Origin: Macrostomum lignano
Lineage: Eukaryota
Assembly: GCA_002269645.1 (NCBI GenBank)
Contig: NIVC01003472.1
Span: forward strand, 32,223-96,222
Reading direction: 5' to 3'
Length of the DNA: 64,000 nucleotides
The notes under the pieces are model-generated. The model searched no databases, had not been told where the DNA came from, and saw only the letters and a program-made list of their open reading frames with translations. This document shows, one piece after another, positions 12,905 through 23,873 of the stretch. The translations under genes were made by a program, and so were the position numbers. Position 1 is the stretch's first letter. Each line of letters opens with the position of its first letter.

Positions 12905-15041
12905 CTATTGTCCGTTTTGATCTGCAGCTGACTTTGTGGCATCCGCAGCGGTCGCTGCCTCAGCCTCGGCCTCTTCCCGTTCCAAGTCGTCCCAGTTCTG
13001 CGCTTCGCACTGATAGTTCAGCAGCGGATAGGCCTTCACCAACAGGGCGAGGCAGACCGCCATTATGCCGGCCAGCAGGATGAACACCAGCCACGGCAGG
13101 ACGTGGAGTCCACCGCCAAGCAGTGGGCCGCCGAGCAGGGCCACGCACATAACAGTGCGAAACACGCCCTGAGCCATGTCGGTCTCGCTGTCAGGGACTG
13201 CTTTAGTGTACATGCTCTCCGGCAGGGCCGAGGTAGCCGTCAGGCCGAGCACCTGGATGCTGGTGCTAATGATGATCAGCGTGATGTAGACAGCCGGCTT
13301 CCTAGTGTCCACGTACACAAGCAGAGCAAAGTTGAAGAAATATGCGCCCAGCAACAGGCAGATGGCTAGCAGCAGCAGGTATCGCTCCTGCTGACGGGCC
13401 AGGAAGAGTCGGAACGCGACGTAGATCAGCACGATCTCAATTCCGCAGCCAAGGTACACCAGGCTAATGTTGAACTCGTCCCAGTGGAACAGGTGGCTCA
13501 GCAAGGGCGACAGCACGGACTCGAAGGCTAGCAGGCAAAAGTAGCCGGCAAAGGCGATGAAAATCATCGAGAATATGTCAATGCGAAAGTACATGCGCAA
13601 CTTCTCAGGATCGGTGTACTTTCGCACCGAATGGCCCAGATCGTCGCAGATTGTTGTTGTCGATTCAGTTGTCGGCGTCTTGTCCGACTGCTCCGACGAC
13701 TCCTCGGAAGTTTCGGGAGATTTTTCAACAGCCGATGCTTCAATGGAGTCGTGCGGGATGTCCGGGTATACCAGAATGACCGCGATGGTGTGAATGGCCC
13801 ACAGGAAGGCCATGAACAGCCCCGGCGAGTTGTACACATCGATGACAAACTGATTCACCTCGGCGTGAATCGGGTGCATCAGCATCGTGAGCGCGGGGCC
13901 TGGTTGGATTATAAAGTGACGCCCAAAATTAGTTCCATAATCAATTTACAATGCAATAATGCTAATATTGTAACAAAATTTCGGTGGGTATTATAGAATT
14001 TAACCATCAGAAACCGATTAAGGCGCGAGGCGAAGAGAAGGACTGTCGAGCGCTTTATATGTCCCCGTGTACTTTAATTATTTGCTACTTGCCGCTATAG
14101 TGTTGAAGAAGCATGCAGTCGTCCAAGAGGGTTGAGCTCCTCGAGGCTGGAGAAAGCTGGGAAAGAGAGAAACGATCACTTTGCTTGGCTTTTGCACTCC
14201 ATGGCGCATAGACTAAAGGCCCGTTCTATAAAGCCATCGTAAGATAATATTGTTCTTATCTCCTATCTCCGCAGTGTAAAAGTTCCGACGTACGTTCAAA
14301 CTTACGCTACGACAGCTTTATATTACGACCCCTAAGTCAAGATGCAGCCAAGGCCCCTCGCAGGCAGCGTATGGAGGATTTTCAGTTTGTCTGTCAAAAG
14401 CCCTACTGGTCCCATATACCATTAAACGTAGCAAATTATAAATCACCTGCAATAATACCGAACTGCTTCACCAGCAGCAGGTGCACCATGAAGCTCGTTC
14501 GCTCTTTCTTGCTGGTGACGCGAACGACATCGGCGTACAGCGGCGGCTCGGCCGCGGACCCGGCGCCGGCGACGAATCGGCCGAAGAAGACAAGCCAAGG
14601 CGCCGGCGCAGTGAAGTAGATGAAGTTGCCGCAAATCTCTAACAGATTGGCCACGACTATCAGCAGGCGAACTCGAGCAAAGCGTCGCTGGGAGAGCCAA
14701 CCGAACAGTGGGTTGCACAGCAGCGGGAGCAGGTTGAATCCGGCCAGCGTGGCTCCGTAGAACTGCGCTCCGGCCGACGAGTGGAATTTGTTGAGATACA
14801 ACCAGAGAGTCGGCAGGATGATCACCCTCTCGATGCCGGTGAGCAGGCCCCAGCTGCCACCGATGATGCCAACTCGAGTTTTGGCCGAGAGCGGGAACAG
14901 GCCGCGGAACCAGTCGCAGCATCGGCACCGACCTCTTGGACAGCACTTGTCGATGTCTTCATTCGATATTAGTGATGTGCTCTCCTTGCAGGCGGTGGCT
15001 GAAGTCACTGGCGGGTTCTGCTCTGCCGCCTGGTTTTCCAT
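12905..15041 (-). CDS. MFS transporter, MFSD8/CLN7-like (~529 aa)
   Basis: Exon 1 15041-14447 and exon 2 13899-12905 join in phase 1 (GIIA-G-PALTML). Motifs LFGWLSQRR, GNFIYF, FFGRFVAGAGS, YADVVRVTSKKERT and IDVYNSPG are typical of MFSD8-family proteins. Confidence 0.85.
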
Positions 15042-15690
15042 GGCCTCTCCAATTCGCGCTCTGAAGCCCCCGCTAGAAAGTTCAGCGAATCCTTTTTATC
15101 CCGCTTGGTGGCGCGATTCCCAGTTGCGGTGCGCGCGGTTGTCGAAATGAGTCCGTCCAGCTTATGGCCCGCTATTATCTGACTCTTCCTGTATTATTGA
15201 GTTCTTCTACTCAAGCCACAGCTCTCATGACTTGAGCTCAGCGCAGGGGAGGCGACTTGCGCGCAGAAACAGTTTTTTTCATTCTGCCAGCGCTGTCAAA
15301 ATCGATAAGCACTGCACAGTCGCGAGTGGCTATTGGAGTCGAACGCAAACGAACAGAAATAGCATAACGTAGACACAGCAACTCACATTAATATAAGCAG
15401 AAATAAAGCTTTGGCTTTTCTATAGGAACAGCTGCAGTGTTGACTGCTTCTCATTGAGTGCTCACGCTTTCGATTGCTGCTGCCTCTGCTCTCAGCAACC
15501 ACCCACGCCAGAAAGTCACAATTGCTTGAGAGTAAATTCTTCACAGCAATAACCATTGAACATTTGTTGGGAAAAAGTTTTACTAAAGATTTCCACATAT
15601 TTTCTCATCCGGAATGCAGTTAATACCCTGCTCTTGTCTGCCAACAAAATTTACTTCAATAAAGTGGAAAAAAGTAAAGCCATTCGGTGA
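15035..15690 (-). promoter_or_regulatory. Upstream region of the MFSD8-like gene, homologous to TOP1 intron 2 sequence
   Basis: Reverse complement aligns to 46150-46446 plus 50662-50997, up to and including gccATGGAxAACCA. Confidence 0.75.
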
Positions 15691-15929
15691 AATTCAACCA
15701 GAATTTCATGTAAACGGGCAGGCGACAATACTACTATCTAGAATTCTTAGAATTTGGTATTTAAATTACCATCTTTATTGTTTATTGCGATCTCATGTCT
15801 TTATAAAGGGATCTTGGCTTTATTTTTCTTTTTGTATTGAAATTTCAGCGCAATTTTTCGGTTTTTATGTCCGTTTGCATAAAAAGCTTGCAAACAAATT
15901 AAAGAGTGATTTTTTAGTAAATTGATGTC

Positions 15930-16950
15930 CTTACTAGTGAGTCTATCCGTGGAGTCAGGAGTTTTATCTATAAGTTCGTGAGTTTATAAATAAGTTAGGG
16001 ACTTTATGAATGAGTTCATGAGTTTACGGATGATTTTGTAATTTTGATGGATGAGTTTATTAGTTTATGGTTGAGTTCGTGCGCTTTTTGGATTATTTCA
16101 TACAGACCTAAGTTGTCTATGGCCTTCTATTCCCTTGTCTTTATAATGCTTATATATAAGAAATAAAATACGCTCGTAAAATAATAAGTGACAAGGAAGA
16201 ACATGTTTTTGAGTAAAACAGGCATCACTTCAAAGTCGCCTCTGTTACTGAAACGTAACATCGCAATGGTGAGAGAGCATGCTGGTCACGCAACGACAGA
16301 GAAAAAGCATATCCTCTCCAGCAAAGCAGCTGTATGCACTTTTTATTCTCAATTCAGCGGCTTGGGGTGAACGCCCTGTATAATAGAAAAAAGCCTCTGA
16401 ATTTGAAATGAGCAACGAGCTTTTGTGGTCGATGTTCATCAATAAAGAAAATGTGGAAGGATCCGTTTGATTGAGACAAATTTCCTTTGTGCAATAGAAA
16501 TGTCAGTTAAAGCATCAGGTTTCAGGTGCAATATACCCATATTGTCTAAGTCTAGCGTTGCTGCTTACATTAGCTTGTCATTGATTTATCACTTACAGGC
16601 AATGTCAAAACAATGTTCTGAGAAAGCAGAACTCATTAGGTCGATACGTAATCTGCATAACTCATGTGGCAAACAACAGAAAGTGCATTTGATCCATGAA
16701 AAATCCTGGCAAGCAAGCGTGCAGAAGGGGCTTGTAAGAAAGCAAGTTTGTGTTTAAACATGAAGAGAAAAAAATTAGACACAAACTCACTCATTCGAGA
16801 CTCCTAAACTTGCTAATTAGCTAATTAATAAAGTCAGAACGAACTAACTCATCAATTCATCAACTCATCAACTAACCCAAATAACGAACTCATCGGCTCT
16901 TTAACTCATGAAAAACGTGTTCACCTTCTGCAACTCACTCATAAGCACGC
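15930..16950. repeat. Degenerate element with inverted tgagtt/aactca subterminal arrays
   Basis: Many tgagtt motifs at 15940-16080 and many aactca motifs at 16785-16945; no clear TSD. Confidence 0.35.
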
Positions 16951-17002
16951 TTAAATTTCTCAATTTGCTAATCAATCAAACAACATCTGTAAAGCTTGGC
17001 GG

Positions 17003-18097
17003 TCACTTACAAATCAGGCACAGGCTGGCGAGCCCGCCACCACGGCCACTGTACGAGACCGCATCTGTTGAGGTCCGTCGGTCGCCTTTGGACGAGCCGC
17101 TTTGTACTTCCTCAGCGTTGTCAGCGCCGTCTGGGTCAGCCCAGGCTTCGACAGCTCTGCCGGGACGGCCGACATCAGCTCCGCCTGGGTTCGTCGACGT
17201 CGATGCCGCTGCAGCCGCAGCGGCCGCCGCAACAGCCGTTGCTGCTATCGAGACGCCCCCACCGCCGCTGCTGCTTCCGCTACTGGCGCCACCGCCGCTA
17301 AACGAGCTGAACTCAAAGTCGAATTTGTGCTGCACCGTCCAGTGAGCAATGAGCACGGCCGATTGCAGCTGCTCGATGAGCTCCCGAGTGGCGCGAGCCT
17401 CAGCAGACAGGGACATCAGGTGATGAGCGTCGGCCTCCGTGCTCGGGAAGTCAGCATCGGGAGTGCCGCTGCTGCCGCTTGCGCCGCCGCCGCCGTTGCT
17501 ACCCAATACGGAGATGCGGCTGCCGCTGCTCATGGAGCTCCGTCGTGAGGAGCGCAACGAGCTGCTCAAGCTGAGAATGGACCGACGCTCCACGTTGTAG
17601 AAATCGGCGATTCCAGTCGCCACAAACCGGTTGAGACTGTCAGCGTGCAGTGGAAATCGCTTAACTAAACTAGCCGTGCGAAGCAAATTGTCCAGCGTCG
17701 ATTCGATGATTTGCACGAAGGTGGTGTACCTGGCCTCCCATTGCTTGCGCGTGGCTGCCGCTTCGCTTTCTTCATCGTCGGCGCTGTTGTTGCCGGGACC
17801 CGCCAGAGCCTGCTGGCTCTGCATAGCCGGCAGGATGACGTCCTTGGAGACGGTGAAGCTCGCAAGGAGGCGCACGGACAGCGACTGGAGCTGCTCTCGG
17901 ACCCTGGCGCAGTCGGTTACAGTGCCAACCTGACAAAGCAGCTGCTTGTACTGGGCGAGGACGCGGTTTAGAGAGCGCAACGAGCTGTTGAACTGCTCCA
18001 ACGAAGTGATCGGACACACTGAGCTCATGCGCTGACTTTGTACGCCACGTAGTGCTGCTCGCCAGGGAGTCTTCTTGACTGAAATGCCGAGGCGCAT
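17003..18097 (-). CDS. R7BP/R9AP (RGS7BP/RGS9BP)-like membrane anchor for RGS proteins, single exon
   Basis: N-terminal helical region LNRVLAQYKQLLCQVGTVTDCARVREQL resembles the R7BP helical bundle; C-terminal LASLCLICK has a Cys pair like the palmitoylated R7BP tail. Start may be 18097 or 18028. Confidence 0.65.
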   Translation of the reverse strand: MRLGISVKKTPWRAALRGVQSQRMSSVCPITSLEQFNSSLRSLNRVLAQYKQLLCQVGTVTDCARVREQLQSLSVRLLASFTVSKDVILPAMQSQQALAGPGNNSADDEESEAAATRKQWEARYTTFVQIIESTLDNLLRTASLVKRFPLHADSLNRFVATGIADFYNVERRSILSLSSSLRSSRRSSMSSGSRISVLGSNGGGGASGSSGTPDADFPSTEADAHHLMSLSAEARATRELIEQLQSAVLIAHWTVQHKFDFEFSSFSGGGASSGSSSGGGGVSIAATAVAAAAAAAAASTSTNPGGADVGRPGRAVEAWADPDGADNAEEVQSGSSKGDRRTSTDAVSYSGRGGGLASLCLICK

Positions 18098-20362
18098 TGC
18101 GGATGTGATGCGAGTGCATAAGCTTTAGATTATCTTAGTCGTAACTCAATGATGCTTATTTAAACTTGAATTGCTGCGCATGCATGCGTTACATTGTACT
18201 TTTATTATATCCATAGATATATGTGTACAACAATAGTAATAAGTTAATGAGCATTGCGAATGATTTTTTTTCCAAATAAATGTGATGCAAATAAATATGT
18301 ATATTAATATAACATGTGATTCTGTATAACACTTTAATGTTGGATAGATTTTAAAAAAGGTTTGTGCCAAAAGTTATCCGTCTGTAATATGTTTTTGATT
18401 CAAAGGCGATGCTAATAATGTTTTTGCGATGAGTAGATAAACAATAATAGCAATATTAATTAACAAACAAAATAGCCAACAACAAGCAGGAGTTTTACCA
18501 CCGGCTGCAGGAAGACGGTCGGACATGGCGCAGTTTTGACTGTTGACAGCTATTTGGCGTAAGCAGAATGATTGTTACACCTTATTGCTACGGCTGATTG
18601 CCAGAAAATTCTAGTTTCACTCAAGAAAAAAATTATTTCATACATTAGAAATAGAACAGTTTTGATAACAGTCGCTACAGTAGCCAGGAGTTTCTATTCC
18701 TCAGGGGCGCCATCGTGAAGGCGCCATCGTGAGGGCTTTTGCTAGCCTATTGGGCCTCATCCCCAGCAACGCCCCTGGGACCTACAGAATCTGGTAGAAG
18801 CAAATTAAAGTAAACTGATACAACTAACGAAACACGTTACAAGAAATCCTACATATTACAAGTAAATTGCTTACCTGAGTGAAACTTTAAACCTTGTGTG
18901 ATTTCTTAGATTCAGATTTGAAGACTGCAGTCGACGTTTCTTCACCAGATATTCAACCAGTCAAAACGGTTGACACACAAAGTCACAACTTTTATACCAC
19001 AGCTCCGGGTTTTTGCTATGGCAACTCACGAAGCGATTTCTAAGATACTTCGATTGGAGACAGGAAACTGGATAGGCGATGATGCCGTTCTTAGGAAGCA
19101 CTCGAGCACAGCCTCGGTCGACACGCTCCTAAGTACTGGGAAAGTGCCAAAGCTGACCAGCAGCTGCGCAAGCTTGATACAGGAAGTAGCGAACAGACTG
19201 GGGTTTGATGCATTAGCTAAATGACTATCAAGTATTTTAGTACCGAGATGTCGACAGCTTGCCAGAAGAGAAATTGGATTGCTATCGACTCAGTTTAATA
19301 GCCATTTTGTGTGGAGTTACATGCGTCTAGACTCAGAAAAAGCGCACATCGTACGCCTCTTCCCTCATGTTTTTTCTCTTTCCCTAAAAATCAGTCTTAC
19401 TCCGTTTCTAACTGATACGTAACGTTTCGTACAATCACAAACGCGGAGGAAGGGTTGTCGACAGGTTGACTCGATTTGAGTCCAGTCACCCCCCCTCCAG
19501 CCGCTCACCTGGGCGCGACTCCTCTAGCTAACTGCAATTCTTATGCATGTAGCGGAGTCTGAAATTTGATGGGGAAAGAGAGAGAGGCGGAGGGCGGGTC
19601 CAGAACAGGCTGCAAGAGGACGCATCTCTGCGCGATGAGCGAGTCGTAGCAGCCTGAAGGCTCAACTTCCTTCCCTACTACTCCAGGAGAGATTCCTCTT
19701 TCTCTCTCTCTCTCGTCCCAACCCCGGGCGAGCAGACACATCGGGTACGCGGTCGTCGTGTTGTTTTTTTTGCGGAGCGATGCCATTAAGGTCGCCTATG
19801 TATTTTTTGGTACGACTGCACAAGAATTACGGATGCGAGGAACACGGGAAAGACATTTGAGAAGGCTTGCTTGAGTCAGGTGCGTCTGCGAGCGTATAAG
19901 AGGCTTGCATCTCAAGACTGCTGAACCAGCTACTCATATGACGTGCTTGTTTTACCTGGCTTGCTAATTGAGCAAGCTTTCAATATATTTCATACTAAAA
20001 TAAGCAGGAGGCAAGAAAACTGGAGTATATATAAATTGTACCAGCAAAGAGCCTTGTGTACTTTCTTTTTTACAATCCTGATGATAACGTACAGTGTCGA
20101 ATTAAGGAATAAATTCGCGTATTTTGCTTTACTAACTATACAGCTGATTTTGGCTAAAGTAATAGGCGAGGTTATATACAGAATATTTACGGAAGCTTTT
20201 TGACTGCATGACTTTAGTGCAGTGACACTGCACCCAAGCAGCGAGAGATCTGTGATCGGTGCTACTTTCTCAATCTAAAATGCTACGACTCTTCGGGAGA
20301 ATTACTGAAATTTCAAGGCTTACGGGGGGGGAAGAATTCCTGAGATATCAAATCAAGGCTTT

Positions 20363-20420
20363 AAGGTTAGGGTTAGGGTTAGGGTTAAGATTAGGGTTCG
20401 GGTTGGGGTTGGGGTTAAGG
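20363..20420 (+). repeat. Short interstitial TTAGGG-like tract
   Basis: ggttagggttagggttagggttaagattagggttcgggttggggttgggg. Confidence 0.7.
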
Positions 20421-21425
20421 GGAATTGCTGAGATGACAAGGCGTACAAGGGAAATTTCTGAGGCTATTGCAAGGAGAAGCTACATGTAGTTTATTCAAAA
20501 AATATTACATTCTTTTTGGCTCCCCAACGCCTCAGTCTGTCTTGAATGCATGGGCGATACAGAGGAGTGACATTTATACTCAGCAACATAGAAAATTCGC
20601 CATCACAGAAGGTTCCGTCTGTGGGTCGCCACTTTTGATAGTGCAGGTAAAGGCTCTCAATCTTTGCGAGTGATGCAACTCAGCTACGTTGTGCCTGGGG
20701 CCACGGCAGACTTGAGTTGAAGAATGCAGTGGGGGGAGCGATGTGCGAGGGTTGAACGGATTAAAGCTACCCCGATCAGTTTTCTCGTATCTTTTATTTC
20801 AGAATAGTCCAAGAGAAATTGCTCACTGGCACATAGAGTGGTGACTTTTCAATGTTGCTGAGTATAATTTCGGTGGATGTTTCTGCATCCCTTAACAACG
20901 GCACTGCAATCATTAACGCAGCTCAGGCTTCCAAAGCTGAAGGTAAAATGAAATCCACCTCACCTGCCTGCAGTCGCTCCTAAATAGATATAAGAATTGC
21001 GATAGGAAAATATTTTTAAAAATAAATTCTTGACAAATAGCGCATTATCCATGCATGACTTCTCACCTTTTCCATCCTACTCATGGCTCATCACTTTCAC
21101 TCTCTCAAGGCTTTTTGGCTAATTGGGCTCTTAGGCCATAGGAGATGCAGCAAGGTCATTAAATTGAATTTCAGTCCATTTCTCCATTGTTGTCTCTCTT
21201 TTGATTAAAAATTAAACGCTTTTATTTGCTGTCTACAGCTTTTAAATCGCTAATTAAACTTTCGGTTACTCATTTTACATCCAGTATTCATGATTTCTAT
21301 CCACCACCCACGAGTCAGCCTGAGCTGCCGTGTGCTTGTTACCATCGCGAAACAGCATTGTAAGTCTAGATCGAATACTTAAAACTTTCAACCGGAAAGC
21401 GAATTTTCAAAATCAAGAGAGAAGC

Positions 21426-22410
21426 ATGGCTCTTCGCCGGCCGCTACTTGCCTTTGTTGCGTCCGTTCTGCTCTGCACCTCTACCGCTGCCGCCAACTCC
21501 GGAAATCGCTACCCGGTCATGCAGCGCACCTGCCTCAACAAGTCCCTGTCCGAGTGGACCCTACCCAGCCCGGCCGTCTCCATTCTGCAGTGCGCCTTTC
21601 CGAGTCGCCTGCGAAATCGCCAGGCATATCGGTGATCCAATGGAACTAACGAACTGCCACCTGTTCGCTGTTTCTCTTCAGCCGAGTCTGCCACCTGCTC
21701 AACCTGAGCGGGCCGCTGGACGAGGCCAACTCGTACAAGCTCGTTGTGGACTCCGAGCTGGATGTGCTCACCGCCAATCGGTACTTTGCCGCCGTGTGGC
21801 TCGGAGGCAGTGGCGAGCAGCTCGAGAACCTCGTGTGCAGCGATGGCGGACAGAAGAACGTGATCGAGCACACCGGAGTGACTTGGACTGACGAGGGGGC
21901 CAATATGGACGGCCTGACATCCCGGATGTGAGTAAACGACACCAGCGGATTCGATTTCAACAACAGCTTCACGTTTCTGATGGAGCTGAAGAGGTAGCCG
22001 AAGATAAACGCCTTCATCGATCTCACCGAATGCAGCTCTTACAGTCAATATTGAATCTTTTTGTGGGAATGGGACCTACCCGAGGTGACTCGCAAGCTCT
22101 ACATTCAAAACGGACACCGGAACTTTTACTCCACTAAACAGGTGCTCCCAATCCGAAGCGATCAGTTCGTCTGAATCGGCGCCACGTTCGATGATAATGA
22201 ACAGGAGCCGCCTGTTTGTTGACGGGTCCTTCATTCCCGACAACCAAGTGACTCTCTACATCGTCAACCATCCCAAAATCGACAACTTCTGCATGAAGAT
22301 AGGTTGGCGCGACCTGACTGGCTCGAACTCCAAAAAACGGCACCTTGAAGATGCTGGCCGTGTCTAACTTCTACCTGACCGCCGACGTCATCAACCGTCT
22401 GTTCAACTGA
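21426..22410 (+). pseudogene. Disabled secreted PAN/apple + LamG (concanavalin-like) domain gene
   Basis: Signal peptide MALRRPLLAFVASVLLC; PAN-like SILQCA/VACE..NCHLF..VCHLL spread over three frames; LamG-like ANMDGLTSRM*VNDTSGFDFNNSFTFLMELKR* ... RLFVDG ... IG ... NGTLKMLAVSNFYLTADVINRLFN*, with in-frame stops and frameshifts. Confidence 0.6.
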
Positions 22411-23873
22411 GTGCGTGAACAGTTTTTCAGACAAGGACGGAAGCACTGTGACCAAATGATCGTCAAATGGATTTAGCGAGTACATTTTATAGCGAGTTGC
22501 CCAAAATTTTCTGAGTGGTTTATAGTTATCGGTTGACAAATAATCTTCAGTTTTTAAGGCTGGTGAATAAAGTGATTGTACAGTTAAATTGCTACATGTA
22601 CGCTCGTACGGTAGCAGCTAGTTTTGTGGCTGTCAGTTGTCGTAGACCCATCCCGAGTGCAGCATTTATAAGGTCCGAGACTTTGAGTGGATGGCAGAAT
22701 CTGTGTCTGCATTTGTGCCTGGGGTCTTGGGATATATTATAGCTCTCTAGAAAGATATGGTTCACCTTAGATAAAACAAAAATAACGATTAGCTATACCG
22801 GGATAAATATTGAAAATTTACGAATAAAATGGGAAAAGCAACCAACAGTCAGTCATTGTTGTTGTTTAATGTGTTTTACGACACACTTTTCCTCCGCTAC
22901 CATAAAGAACCCTTTCACCCGATTATACTTTAATAAATAAGCAAGATTAGTCTATAGAACATACATTGCTTCTATATAACTGTTGTTCTTAAACTTTCTG
23001 AGCCAATATTTTTCTTCTTTTTCTCTATATATATTCTCAACCTATTTTTTATTTGAATCTCTTTTTAAGAGCTCTTTAATATAAGGTGTCGTTCTGTTAG
23101 TTTAGTTGAACAGTACATGTATTGGATACATTTTATTTATCATTCTCTGTGTGTTTCTCTTATATATGAACTATCAATAGAGCATCACATAAAAGTTCAT
23201 TATAGATTATACTGGATTTTTGATGTGTTTTAATTTATCAATTTGTCGGTTTTCATATTCGGTATTTCGTGGCGGCTCAGCCAAGCACTTATTACCCAGT
23301 GGGAAATTCTGGTACGCCCAAGGGTGCGCAGACCGCGGCGCCCGGTGGCCTGTGGCCGGTAGCGGGGCGCACTCTTTGTCCAGTCGGGGCGCCGGCCTTA
23401 TACCCGGCGCCCGGTGGACTGCCCAATAAATTAAGGCAAGAATTGGTTTACTCTACTAACAGTAGTATGCAGGGCTTTTATTGATATATTTTGCTCTGGC
23501 AGCAGCCTAGCTTTCTGGTTGTTTCAAAATTGAATTTATTTCCAAATAATTTTCAGAGCTATCTGATTTTTTTAAGCAATTGTCTCTTCCATTATAAATT
23601 TAAACAACCTTGCTGCTACCTGCTTACGAAGTTTGCCTTTTGTAAATTTTTTTGCAGTTCTTTAGAAAATTAGTTTGAGTCTATGAATGAAATCGAATAA
23701 GAAACTTAAATGTAATGAAATTTGAATTTATTTAGCGAAGTTAAATGGAACTGATATTAAAACACAATATTAGAACGAAAAATAGTTAAGTTTTTGGCAA
23801 CAAAGGTGTTGAAAGAATGTCAGTTTTAAAATCATTTTGACAGCATTTACTCGTAAAATACGTGCTCTCATAA

